Counted from the stretch's first letter, positions 9,864 to 19,897 are shown. The stretch: DNA of 64,000 nt from Spirochaetia bacterium (GCA_963666985.2 CAXXIA010000002.1:576001-640000); one strand, 5' to 3'. Notes: generated by a model from the sequence alone, not told the origin. Numbers and translations are program-made.

Positions 9864-9875
9864 GTAAACGTTTAC
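9864..9875. promoter_or_regulatory. LacI-type operator over the predicted +1
   Basis: Perfect palindrome GTAAACGTTTAC with central CG, directly after the -10 box. Confidence 0.8.
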
Positions 9876-9885
9876 GGAGGCCGCT

Positions 9886-11424
9886 TTGTTCTTTTCCGCC
9901 TTAAAAGACGCTTTGGACATTAATGTTATTCTCCTGACGGCCCTGGGGAGTTTAAGCGGTGTCGTTATCGGAGCGCTCCCGGGACTTTCGGTAACAATGG
10001 CCACGGCGCTTCTCGTATCGCTCACCTTCAGCTGGTCCATGGAATACGCTTTGGCCATGATTATCGGAGTTTACTGCGGGGGCGTTTTCGGAGGTTCCAT
10101 ATCGGCGGTTTTGCTCAATATCCCCGGAGCACCGGCGGCCATTTGTACCGGCTTCGACGGGTATCCGCTGGCGAAACAAGGCAAAGCGGCCATGGCTTTG
10201 GGTTTGGCCAGAATCGGTTCTTTTATCGGCGGAATCATCGGAGTTCTTTTCCTGGCTCTTTTCGCCCCGCCGATATCGACGATCGCTTTAAGTTTCGGCC
10301 CGTTTGAATACCTCGGCCTTATCGCCCTTGGACTGATTACCATAGGGAATCTATCGGAAGGCTCGTTTATAAAAGCGATTCTGGCCGGACTCTTCGGTCT
10401 GCTTCTTTCAACGGTCGGAATGGATCCGGTCTATGGAATACCCAGATTCACGTTCGGAAGCATGCAGCTTCTTTCCGGAATCGGCCTTATCCCAAGCCTC
10501 ATCGGTTTTTTCGGTCTCTCGGAAGTTATTGTCCAAATGAGAACCCCTTCCAATAAACATCAAATCATCAAGCAAATGGGAAAGGTAATTCCTAAGTTAT
10601 CCACCTTCATGAAAATGATTCCGGTCATTTTAAGATCTTCGGTTATCGGCGCCTGGATTGGAGCCCTTCCCGGAGTGGGAGGAACCATCGCTTCATTCCT
10701 GGCATACGACAATGCCAAGAAAACCGTGAAGAATCCCACTCAGCCGTTCGGCGAAGGAGCTTATGAGGGAGTTGTTGCTCCGGAAGTCGCCAATAACGCC
10801 ATGGTCGGCGGAGCGATGATTCCACTCCTTACCTTGGGGATTCCCGGTGACGCGGTTACAGCCATCATGATGGGCGCTTTTATCGTTCATGGACTTCAGC
10901 CCGGTCCCATGATGATGATCAACAGCGCCGATTTATTCTGGTACATCATCATTTTGTTCATTTTGGCGAATATCCTTTTTCTCTTCATTGGATTACTGGT
11001 TACAAAGTACTTTCCAAGAGTTCTTTCGGTAAAACCGGAAACACTGATGCCCATCGTATCGGTTCTCTGCTTCGTCGGAGCCTACGCCATCAGAAATTCG
11101 GTAATGGACATCATCATCATGGTCTGCGCCGGCTTGATAGGATACCTCTTCAAACGAATTAAATTTCCAATTGGACCTGTTGTTATCGGCCTTGTTCTTG
11201 GGGGAATGGCCGACGGTGAACTGAGACGCGTTTCCATGATTTCCGAAGGAGATGTTTTCGGCATGCTTCTGAAAAGGCCGATCGCGATCGTTATTTTCCT
11301 CTTCGCCCTTCTTCAGATTCTCGATCAGATAGGCCGCTTCAAACAACGGCGAAAAGAAATCGGTTCAAAACTGTTCGGTTTAATTCGTGCCTGCTTTATA
11401 CGGAACCACAATAAGACGAAATGA
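9886..11424 (+). CDS. tctA: Tripartite tricarboxylate transporter, large permease
   Basis: Duplicated 'GALPG' motifs, 'NIPG', 'PEVANNA' and 'LTLGIPGD'; TTG start with GGAGG RBS. Confidence 0.95.
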   Translation: MFFSALKDALDINVILLTALGSLSGVVIGALPGLSVTMATALLVSLTFSWSMEYALAMIIGVYCGGVFGGSISAVLLNIPGAPAAICTGFDGYPLAKQGKAAMALGLARIGSFIGGIIGVLFLALFAPPISTIALSFGPFEYLGLIALGLITIGNLSEGSFIKAILAGLFGLLLSTVGMDPVYGIPRFTFGSMQLLSGIGLIPSLIGFFGLSEVIVQMRTPSNKHQIIKQMGKVIPKLSTFMKMIPVILRSSVIGAWIGALPGVGGTIASFLAYDNAKKTVKNPTQPFGEGAYEGVVAPEVANNAMVGGAMIPLLTLGIPGDAVTAIMMGAFIVHGLQPGPMMMINSADLFWYIIILFILANILFLFIGLLVTKYFPRVLSVKPETLMPIVSVLCFVGAYAIRNSVMDIIIMVCAGLIGYLFKRIKFPIGPVVIGLVLGGMADGELRRVSMISEGDVFGMLLKRPIAIVIFLFALLQILDQIGRFKQRRKEIGSKLFGLIRACFIRNHNKTK

Positions 11425-11472
11425 GTTTCGGAGGTTAAAAATCCAAACTCATAAAAATAACAGGAGGTTTAT

Positions 11473-12501
11473 ATGAATACGGAAAAACGATTGACGGTTA
11501 TCCTTGCGCTGCTGCTGATAATCGGCTGCGGAACGCTTTTTGCCGAAGGACAGCAGGAAGTCGATGTTGAGAACTATCCGGAAAGGGAAATTGAAGGAGT
11601 AATCACATGGGGTGCCGGAGGCTTAACCGATAACATCGCCAGAAATTTCCTGCCTCTCATGGAAGAACAGCTGGGGGGCGCCAGTATTGTTCCTCAGAAT
11701 AAAACCGGTGCCAGCGGTGCCGTGGGCAGTCAGTATGTCATGGGAAAACCTGCGGACGGATATACAATCCTGATAACCACTACCGAGTCGTGCGGAGTGT
11801 GGAATGTCATGGGAACTTCCGACATGGACGTCAACGACTTTGAACCCATTATAATCCTTACGAGCCTGAATCCCACTTGTTACGTTCGTGCCGATGCGCC
11901 CTGGAACAGCGTTCAGGAACTTATTGCCGACGCTCAATCCAGACCGGGGAAAATTATCGCCGGTTATGCCGCACCGGGTTCCTTGGGGCATGTATCGGGA
12001 CTGCTCTTCTCCGAATACAGCGGCTCCGAATTCAACATGGTCCCCTTCGGCGGCGGCGGGAAAGTCATGGCCGCTCTTCTGGGAGGACACGTTGATGTTG
12101 CGTTCAATCCTCTGGTTTCAATTATGGAGAATTACAAAGCCGATAAGATTAAACTCCTTGCGACGTTTACCAACGAAGAAATCGTCGACGGCGTGCCCGC
12201 TCTTGGAGCGGAAGTAGCCTCGTTCAAACCGGTTATGCCCTATGGAATCATGGTTATGATATTGGTTCACAAGGATACTCCTCCGGCAATCGTTGAAAAA
12301 TTAACGGATGCGGCCGTTAAGGCCTCCTCGGATGCCGAATGGAAAAAATTCGCCGATAAATATTATCTTCAGATTGTCGGAGACACCGGAGATGATTTCC
12401 GCCGAACCGTGGATGCCTGGAAACCTCTGACGACTTGGCTTCTTTACGACGCCGGCGTGGCAACCAAGTCGCCCGAAGAATTCGGAATCGGCAGAAAATA
12501 G
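11473..12501 (+). CDS. tctC: Tripartite tricarboxylate transporter substrate-binding protein (Bug/TctC)
   Basis: 'YPERE...WGAGGLTD', 'NKTGASG', 'PADGYT' and 'VPFGGGG..AALLGGHVD'. Confidence 0.93.
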   Translation: MNTEKRLTVILALLLIIGCGTLFAEGQQEVDVENYPEREIEGVITWGAGGLTDNIARNFLPLMEEQLGGASIVPQNKTGASGAVGSQYVMGKPADGYTILITTTESCGVWNVMGTSDMDVNDFEPIIILTSLNPTCYVRADAPWNSVQELIADAQSRPGKIIAGYAAPGSLGHVSGLLFSEYSGSEFNMVPFGGGGKVMAALLGGHVDVAFNPLVSIMENYKADKIKLLATFTNEEIVDGVPALGAEVASFKPVMPYGIMVMILVHKDTPPAIVEKLTDAAVKASSDAEWKKFADKYYLQIVGDTGDDFRRTVDAWKPLTTWLLYDAGVATKSPEEFGIGRK

Positions 12502-12513
12502 GTAGAATGAAGC

Positions 12514-12984
12514 ATGAGTAAATTGCCGGGGAAGAGTTCTTTAGTGAACAGCGGGGAGTTCTGGTTCACAATCTGTCTGATTCTTATCGGGATTGCCGGT
12601 CTGGTCTACAGTCTTACGCTCCCTCTAATGGGTCCTGTCGCTTTATGCCCGGGACTTTTCCCCGGTGTTGTAACCTCACTGATGCTTACTTTGGGATTGG
12701 TGAGGTTCTTCCAAATGCTGCGGACGAAAGAAGAACAAAGTAAAAACGGAGAGAAAGAAGAAAATACCGAGCAGCGAAGCATTCTGATCATCATCGCTTT
12801 TTTCCTGATGTATCTCCTGCTTCTGGTATACACGCATTTTCTCATTTCCACCTCGGTCTTTCTTTTTCTTTCCATGTTTTACCTTTACAGGAAAATGAAC
12901 TGGAAGATACCTGTGGTTTCCGTAATAACAACTCTTAGCGTGTTTTACTTATTCAGGTATCTGCTGAACGTAAGGTTACCCTAG
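12514..12984 (+). CDS. tctB: Tripartite tricarboxylate transporter, small permease
   Basis: 4-5 TM helices, 'PGLFP', C-terminal 'F..LLNVRLP'. Confidence 0.9.
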   Translation: MSKLPGKSSLVNSGEFWFTICLILIGIAGLVYSLTLPLMGPVALCPGLFPGVVTSLMLTLGLVRFFQMLRTKEEQSKNGEKEENTEQRSILIIIAFFLMYLLLLVYTHFLISTSVFLFLSMFYLYRKMNWKIPVVSVITTLSVFYLFRYLLNVRLP

Positions 12985-13019
12985 AGAAACGAAATTAATT
13001 TCGACAATCGGAGAAAAAA

Positions 13020-14321
13020 ATGCTGGCCAGAATCCAAAAATCGGGTCTGACGGGTGAGGTATGGATACCCGGATCAAAATCTCACATGATACGGTCTTTA
13101 TACTTCGGCGCCCTTGGCAAAGGGCAATCCATTATTCGCAATCCCGTCAGATCAAAAGACTCTTTGTCGGCGGCCCGAATTATAAAGGCCATGGGCATTC
13201 CGCTGGATATGAAAAGGGATGACTTTTGGACCGTGCAGGGAGGAGAACTGAAAGTTCCCGAAGATATTATTGATGTGGGCAATTCGGGAACATCCATGTA
13301 TTCGGGATCCGCTTTAGCCGCCTCGCTGGACGGATATACCGTCTTTACCGGAGATGAACAAATTCGCAAACGGCCGATGCAGCCGGTATTGAACGCACTC
13401 ATGCTTCTGGGAGCGGAAGCCTGGTCAATCAGAGGAAACGGTTCCGCCCCTTTCATCGTACGGGGACCTCTGAAAGGGGGAAAATGCTATGTGGACGGCA
13501 TCGTCTCACAATACGTCAGCTCAGCCGTTCTGGCCGCAACCCTTTCTCGGAACGATACGGAAATCATCGTCGATAAAGCGAATGAAATCCCTTATATAGA
13601 AATGACTCTGCAATGGATGAAGGCCCTGGGGGTTTCCGTCGATGCTTCCGATGATTTCAATCATTATTATGTAAAAGCCGGTCAGTCATACGCCCCTTTC
13701 GACAGATACGTTCCCGCCGACTTTTCTTCCGCGTCATTCATGCTCATCGGCGGAGCCGTTACGGACTCTTCGGTCACTCTTTTGGGACTCGATACCCGGG
13801 ATGTTCAGGGCGATAAAATCCTTATCGACATTCTCAAAGACATGGGCGCCGACATTCGGGTGAAAAACCATGGAGCCGACGGAATCCTTATCAACGGCGG
13901 GAAAGCGTTAAAGGGACAAGTTATCGACTGCTCCCCTACCCCCGATTCAATACCGATCTTGGCCGTTCTCGGCTGTTTCGCCGAAGGGGAAACACGTTTG
14001 TTCAATATTGAAAGCTCACGAATCAAAGAAACCGACAGACCCCTTTTAATGGCGAAAGAGCTCTCCAAAATGGGTGCGGATATCGAGCTTACCGATAAAG
14101 AACTGATTATTCGCAAAAGCCTTTTAACCGGATGTGAAGTTAAAAGCTACGGCGATCACAGGATTGCGATGGCTCTCTGCATCGCCGGCCTTATCGCTCG
14201 CGGAGAAACCGTTGTCGATAAAGTGGAATCCGCCTCCATCTCTTTTCCCGGATTTGATACCTCTCTGACAAACCTCGGGGCACACGCGGAATACCTGGAA
14301 GAAGAGGTTGAGAACGCATGA
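13020..14321 (+). CDS. aroA: EPSP synthase (AroA)-family enolpyruvyl transferase with a divergent S3P pocket
   Basis: 'PGSKS', 'GNSGT', 'RKRPM', 'SQY', 'PADFSSA', 'RIKETDR' and 'DHRIAM'. Confidence 0.9.
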   Translation: MLARIQKSGLTGEVWIPGSKSHMIRSLYFGALGKGQSIIRNPVRSKDSLSAARIIKAMGIPLDMKRDDFWTVQGGELKVPEDIIDVGNSGTSMYSGSALAASLDGYTVFTGDEQIRKRPMQPVLNALMLLGAEAWSIRGNGSAPFIVRGPLKGGKCYVDGIVSQYVSSAVLAATLSRNDTEIIVDKANEIPYIEMTLQWMKALGVSVDASDDFNHYYVKAGQSYAPFDRYVPADFSSASFMLIGGAVTDSSVTLLGLDTRDVQGDKILIDILKDMGADIRVKNHGADGILINGGKALKGQVIDCSPTPDSIPILAVLGCFAEGETRLFNIESSRIKETDRPLLMAKELSKMGADIELTDKELIIRKSLLTGCEVKSYGDHRIAMALCIAGLIARGETVVDKVESASISFPGFDTSLTNLGAHAEYLEEEVENA

Positions 14322-15748
14322 GTGACGGGGGAAAGAACGGAAAAAACGGAACGGCCTCTCTGCTGATTCCGAAACGCAGAACTCTGATGTTTCGATCGGC
14401 CCGGAGAATCGAAGGCGGACGTCAGCCGGGCATCAAGGCCGGACCGTTCATTATCCGTCTTCCCCTGATACATCATCAGCTGGAAATCTCGGAACTCTTT
14501 CAAGGAATCATTATGACGGCCACGGGCCTGGGACTTGTGGCCCTTCTGGAGGATTTCTTTGGAATTCCTTATGAAATCGCGCTGACAATCATCATTGTTC
14601 AGCAGCTCGGATATTATCTTCATCAATTTCTGGGAGATACGACAATCTCAGGATGGCTGACTCCGGCCGTTCCGCTGATAATGACCTTTATTTCACGATA
14701 TCCGGCCGGGCAGGAAAGACTCAGGGCTTATATCGCCCTTCAAATCATCGTCGGGATTATTTTTCTCTTTTTTGGCATATCGGGTTTGGCATCCAAACTG
14801 ATGAGAATGGTTCCCGAATCCCTGAAAGCGGGACTCATTATCGGCGCGGGACTGAGCGTGCTCATCGGCGAATATGGAATTACGCCCTCCGGACTGCTCT
14901 ACAAAGATTACTTTTTCGTCCTGATACTCGGAATGCCCATTGTCCTGTTCCTCATTTATTCAGACTGGGTAAAAACACAGATTAAACGAAAGCCCAAAGG
15001 TGTTCTGGGCCGATTATCCCGTTATGGAATATTCCCCAGTCTTATCCTTGTCATCATCATCGCCGCACTAACAGGAGAAGCCGAATTGACATCCGTCCAA
15101 TTCGGTTTCTTTACTCCGAAATTCGGCCGGATGGTTAAGGACTGGTCGGTTTTTGCCGTCGGTTTTCCAACGGCCGAAATGTTTCTTTCCTCCGTTCCCA
15201 TCGCCGTAGCCGCTTATATCATGGCTTTTGGAGAAACCGTTCTGGCGGCGGAAACTGTGGAGGAAGCGAAAACCTACAGACCCGATGAAGAGATCGGATT
15301 CGATACGGGCCGTCTGAATCTGATTACCGGAATCCGAAACATTATTCATGCCCTGATAGCCCCCAACGGGGGATTGGCCGGCCCCAACTGGGCGGCGATG
15401 ACCATGGTTATCGCCAGAAGATACGAACAGGGAAAAGATGCGATGTACTCCCTTATCGGAGGATCGGCGTCCTTCAATATCATGCGGGTTCTCATGATGA
15501 CGTTCCTTCCTCTGATCACCATCATTCTTCCGTTCAGGGTTCCCATTTTGTGTGTTCTTATGGTTCTGCAAGGTTTTGCCGGTTTTTCCCTGGGACTAAA
15601 AATCGCCGACAACCGCATGAAACGAACCATCGCCGTTCTCACCGGAGTTGTGCTGTCGTTCTACGGAGCCGCTTGGGCCATAGCGGCAGGCATCCTGCTC
15701 AGTCTTGTAATGGAGGACCGTTCTTCAAAAGTGAAATCCCCGGAATAG
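14318..15748 (+). CDS. Multi-pass permease resembling the xanthine/uracil/vitamin C (NCS2-like) group
   Basis: About 12 TM helices; 'GPFIIRLPLIH', 'GWLTPAVP' and 'VPESLKAGLIIGAG'; ATGA overlap with aroA. Confidence 0.7.
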   Translation: MSDGGKNGKNGTASLLIPKRRTLMFRSARRIEGGRQPGIKAGPFIIRLPLIHHQLEISELFQGIIMTATGLGLVALLEDFFGIPYEIALTIIIVQQLGYYLHQFLGDTTISGWLTPAVPLIMTFISRYPAGQERLRAYIALQIIVGIIFLFFGISGLASKLMRMVPESLKAGLIIGAGLSVLIGEYGITPSGLLYKDYFFVLILGMPIVLFLIYSDWVKTQIKRKPKGVLGRLSRYGIFPSLILVIIIAALTGEAELTSVQFGFFTPKFGRMVKDWSVFAVGFPTAEMFLSSVPIAVAAYIMAFGETVLAAETVEEAKTYRPDEEIGFDTGRLNLITGIRNIIHALIAPNGGLAGPNWAAMTMVIARRYEQGKDAMYSLIGGSASFNIMRVLMMTFLPLITIILPFRVPILCVLMVLQGFAGFSLGLKIADNRMKRTIAVLTGVVLSFYGAAWAIAAGILLSLVMEDRSSKVKSPE

Positions 15749-15939
15749 CATCGGTATTTCCGCGGATTTCACTTCCGCGCCAAAAACGGACACCAATCCC
15801 CAATCCGGCCGACTCCCTTGACCACATTTTGACCGAATAGATATTATTCATTATCCGATCGCAAAATACGAACTCCGTCGGTCTGTCGTCAGGACTGCGG
15901 GATTTCCTCCGGCGGATAGTAAGGAATAAATTCAAGTTC

Positions 15940-16728
15940 ATGGTCCTCATTCATTTTCTTGTCAGTTTTGCAGCATCCGTAGTAGGCGCCATCAGCGGAA
16001 TCGGCGGCGGTGTTATTATTAAGCCGACTCTCGATTTCATCGGACTGCAGTCCCCCACAACCATCAGCTTCCTCTCCGCAACGACCGTACTGGCCATGAC
16101 GACGGTCACCCTTATGCGGAACAAAAACACATCGATCAAACTGGATAAGAAAATCAGCACGATAATGGCCGTCGGCGGCATTCTCGGCGGTTTTCTGGGA
16201 AAGTACGTTTTCAACTCCGTTCATTCGAGTTTTCCCAATGAAGCCGTAATCGGGGCGACTCAATCGATTATTCTGCTGATACTCACCCTGGGCGTGCTGA
16301 TTACCAGTTTGCTTAAATCCAAAATCCGTTCTTTGGAATTAAGTCATTGGTCGGTTTCATTCATGGCCGGCTTGGCATTGGGAGCCATATCCACGTTTTT
16401 GGGTATAGGAGGAGGTCCGTTCAATTTAACGGTTTTATACCTCCTTTTCTCCATGGATTCCAAAACGGCCGCCCTCAACTCCATTTTCATCATTTTCTTT
16501 TCCCAACTGACCAACCTGATACTTACCGTCGTTACCGGTTATGTTCCGGAGTTTTCCGTAATGATCCTTGTTTCCATGATTATCGGAGGCATCACGGGCG
16601 GTTTGGCGGGTATTTTCTTTTCAAAAAGGATGACAAACAGACAGGTCGATTATCTCTTCATCTGCGTCACCATCATCATCATCGCAACAAGCTTTATTAA
16701 TTTTACGAAGTACATGAATCAGATTTAA
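15940..16728 (+). CDS. TauE/SafE (TSUP) family transporter
   Basis: Duplicated 'GIGGG' motifs; about eight TM helices. Confidence 0.92.
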   Translation: MVLIHFLVSFAASVVGAISGIGGGVIIKPTLDFIGLQSPTTISFLSATTVLAMTTVTLMRNKNTSIKLDKKISTIMAVGGILGGFLGKYVFNSVHSSFPNEAVIGATQSIILLILTLGVLITSLLKSKIRSLELSHWSVSFMAGLALGAISTFLGIGGGPFNLTVLYLLFSMDSKTAALNSIFIIFFSQLTNLILTVVTGYVPEFSVMILVSMIIGGITGGLAGIFFSKRMTNRQVDYLFICVTIIIIATSFINFTKYMNQI

Positions 16729-16778
16729 CCCGAAAGAAAACCGTATAAGACTTCCGGCGGTCTTCTATAATACGAAGC

Positions 16779-17921
16779 ATGTCGGCCATACGAATCAACA
16801 AATACCTCCTTTCGGCAAGCCTTCTCCTAACGGTTATTGCAGCACGCCACGCCGCGGCCGAAGGCTCGGCGGAACGGGCGAAGCAATTCCCGCAGATATC
16901 CGTATCGCCCGAAGAGAACCGCAATAACCGTGAACCGGTCACCCTCTGCGGATTCTTTCCTTCGCCCCCAAAAGTAACGGTGAGGAGTATCCTCAGGCAT
17001 TACAAAGTTCTCGGGAACCATGCGGACGTTATCCTCTACCAGATGGAAATCCCCTGGGAGGATTTTCCGGACTCACCCGAAGCAGAATCGGAAAAGATAC
17101 AGGAACTTCGCGGCCAAATGATGCTCGCCGACAGGGAAGGACTGGAGAAAATCTTCGTTATCGATCCGCTCAACGGCCTGAATCGCCGGGAATTTAAAAA
17201 TCTGCCGCCCTCCTGGGAAGCAAGTTTCGCCGATCCGCGTGTCCGTGCGTCATACAAGAACTTCGCCTTAAGAATATTAAGGGAATTCAAACCGGCATAT
17301 CTCGGACTGGCTTCGGAGATCAACAGTTATCAGGACGCCTACCCGGAAGATTTCCCGAATTACTTAAATCTTTATCACGAAGTTTACGCCTCGCTCAAAG
17401 CCGAATCGCCGGATATCAACCTCTTTGTGACGTTCCAATGGGAAGACTTGAACAACCTCTGGAATCAGCCGGAGGAAGAAGGATTCGCTCCGGGTGTGAC
17501 CAAATGGAATCAGATTGAACTCTTTGAGCCGGATTTGGACCTCTGGGCCATCTCAACCTATCCCTACATCACCTTCTCATCGGGTGAAGACATCCCGGCC
17601 GATTATTATTCCCGTCTCCTTGAGCGCACCGACAAACCGCTTGCCGTGTCGGAGGGGGGCTGGATCAGCAAAGACTACGGTCATTTGACCGCTACACCGC
17701 AGGATCAGACGGCCTATCTTGAGGCCATCCACAATCAGATCGGCGAACGCCTGGCCTTCTGGATTTACCTTTTGGCCAGGGACATCAGCATCGAAAGCTA
17801 CAGAGCCCTTACTTCCGAAAGAGATCTGGAGACCCTTCGTTTTTTCACGACTGTGGGGCTGATCACCGAAGCCGGTCGGCCCAAGCCTGCCTTAAAAGTG
17901 TGGGACTCGTATCGCCGATAA
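16779..17921 (+). CDS. Secreted putative glycoside hydrolase (clan GH-A-like TIM barrel)
   Basis: Signal peptide; 'YLGLASEIN', 'AISTYPY', 'KPLAVSEGGW' and C-terminal 'GL...GRPKPALKVW'. Confidence 0.65.
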   Translation: MSAIRINKYLLSASLLLTVIAARHAAAEGSAERAKQFPQISVSPEENRNNREPVTLCGFFPSPPKVTVRSILRHYKVLGNHADVILYQMEIPWEDFPDSPEAESEKIQELRGQMMLADREGLEKIFVIDPLNGLNRREFKNLPPSWEASFADPRVRASYKNFALRILREFKPAYLGLASEINSYQDAYPEDFPNYLNLYHEVYASLKAESPDINLFVTFQWEDLNNLWNQPEEEGFAPGVTKWNQIELFEPDLDLWAISTYPYITFSSGEDIPADYYSRLLERTDKPLAVSEGGWISKDYGHLTATPQDQTAYLEAIHNQIGERLAFWIYLLARDISIESYRALTSERDLETLRFFTTVGLITEAGRPKPALKVWDSYRR

Positions 17922-18051
17922 AACGGCGATGAGGGTGCGAACGGAAAAACCGCGAAACCGTTGAGAAAAAGGACGATTCGGAAGCAGGGTGTCGGTGAAT
18001 ACCGGCACCGTACAGTTACTGTACATGCCGGCACCGAAGAATCGGTGTGCA

Positions 18052-18432
18052 TTAAAACCAATCGCTCTTTTGGTCAATAATGATTCTTTTCATCTCACCC
18101 GCGGGATGATACTTATACCAATCTCCCATCTTTTGTTCCAAAACCCATTCGTAAGTATTCTTCTCTCTGACATATTTCCAGGAATACCCTTCTCTTTCGC
18201 CGGAAAAGTGTTCTATGAGAACTTGCTGTATATTGATATAATAAATAGTAATCTCACGGCCTTCTTCATCCCATAATTTCATATCCTGCACATGATCAAT
18301 TTGAACATAATTCTCGTTTCGCGGATTATAAAATGATATCCACGTGTCATATAATTCTTCGGTAAAGACTTGTGAAAACACATGAGTGCTTACAAGCAGA
18401 AATACGATAAGTGCCGTATACCGATATTTCAT
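18052..18432 (-). CDS. Hypothetical secreted protein (AT-rich gene)
   Basis: ATG 18432 with GGAGG RBS; signal peptide 'MKYRYTALIVFLLVSTHVFS'. Confidence 0.7.
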   Translation of the reverse strand: MKYRYTALIVFLLVSTHVFSQVFTEELYDTWISFYNPRNENYVQIDHVQDMKLWDEEGREITIYYINIQQVLIEHFSGEREGYSWKYVREKNTYEWVLEQKMGDWYKYHPAGEMKRIIIDQKSDWF

Positions 18433-18880
18433 AACAAATCCTCCCGGCATTTTTTATGACAATGGATTCCAGGCGGCATGGTTTAATCCTTAATTACAAA
18501 TATAGCGGTAATTTACCAATAACAACATTCAATTTTCATTTGGACTGAGATTTCTTTCCAATGTCTTCTAATCTTCTTCATTGAGGCTCTTTGAAAAGAT
18601 GTGAACATTTGATTCGTCGGCACACCAAAGCCGTCGATCAGCCGAATCATCTTCTTCGGTAATTCCCATAAGTCCGGCCGATAAATGCTGATGGATGTTG
18701 ATGAATCGGCAGAGGTATCATGAAAAAGTTTTGAATGCCATGCAGCCATAACAAGATCGCGGAGAAATCAATGAACCATCCGGGATTCCGCCGAAACGAA
18801 ATACGCACGAAAGTTCTTGCTCGGATTTCGTTGAAGCCCAGCAGACCGGGCCCCGGGGCAGGCCCGGGAGAATCCCTACC

Positions 18881-19897
18881 TTATTCTCCCTTGATGCAAG
18901 GCTTCATCGGCGCGGCGGGAGCCGATTCGCGGATTGTTAAAAACGGCTCCAGAACATAACGCTGATTTCCGGAGATTTCTCCCTTGATGCGCCTTTCGAT
19001 ATGATCCGCGGCGGCAATCCCCATGGCATCCATACGGCTGTTGACCGAAGTCAGCGGCGGAATGGCATATAAAGCAATTTGGCTGTCGTTATATCCCACA
19101 ACGCGAAGTTCCTCCGGAACCCTGAGGCCGACCGCTCTGGCCCATTTGAGAACCGCATGAGCAAAAAGATCGTCCGAGGCCAAGACCGCGCCGAATCCGC
19201 GCTCTCCGGCTCCGTTCAAAAGATCAGGAATCCTGTCGATATGATGATCATCGGTCAGCACGACATGAGGAGAGCGGCAGCCGTCGGCGGAACTCAGTTC
19301 TCGAAAAACACCAATTTTCTTCCGGCCGCTGGCGGTACCGTCGGTCCCGAGAAACATCAGCGGACCTTGTCCGTTTCGCACATGCTGATACGCCAGACTC
19401 ACGCCCGCTTCATCGTCGCAAAGAATCGATCCGGCATTCTCATGATCGGATTCGGCGTTGATCAGCACAACGGGAACCGAATCGGCGGCTCGGTCGACTA
19501 TATGGCCGCCCAAATCCGATTGGAACGTGGAACCGACGAACACAATTCCGTCAACTCTATTCTCCAGAAGAGTCTGGAGATACTCCTCTCTGTTTCTCGA
19601 CTCATCGCCCGTATTGCAGAGAAACGTCATTATCCCGAGCTCTCTGAGACGCTGCTCCACATAATGGGTAACCATGGAATAATACGGATTGAGGATATCG
19701 ACGGTGAGCACGCCCACCGTTCGCGTTCTATTCTGGATTAACCCGCGGGCCAATGCGTTCGGCGTATAGCGATATTCCTCGACAATTTTAAGAATCCGCT
19801 CTTTCGTCTTATCTTTCACGGGACCGGTCCCGTTGAGAACTCGGGAAACGGTTGCCGTGGAAACACCGGCCAGCGAGGCGATATCTTTGATATTCAT
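18881..19897 (-). CDS. LacI-family transcriptional regulator
   Basis: 'MNIKDIASLAGVSTATVSRVLN' and 'YTPNALARGL'. Confidence 0.97.
   Translation of the reverse strand: MNIKDIASLAGVSTATVSRVLNGTGPVKDKTKERILKIVEEYRYTPNALARGLIQNRTRTVGVLTVDILNPYYSMVTHYVEQRLRELGIMTFLCNTGDESRNREEYLQTLLENRVDGIVFVGSTFQSDLGGHIVDRAADSVPVVLINAESDHENAGSILCDDEAGVSLAYQHVRNGQGPLMFLGTDGTASGRKKIGVFRELSSADGCRSPHVVLTDDHHIDRIPDLLNGAGERGFGAVLASDDLFAHAVLKWARAVGLRVPEELRVVGYNDSQIALYAIPPLTSVNSRMDAMGIAAADHIERRIKGEISGNQRYVLEPFLTIRESAPAAPMKPCIKGE

Noticed and set aside
18513..18749. 78-aa minus-strand ORF
   Set aside because: No RBS or recognisable motif; it cannot be supported as a gene.
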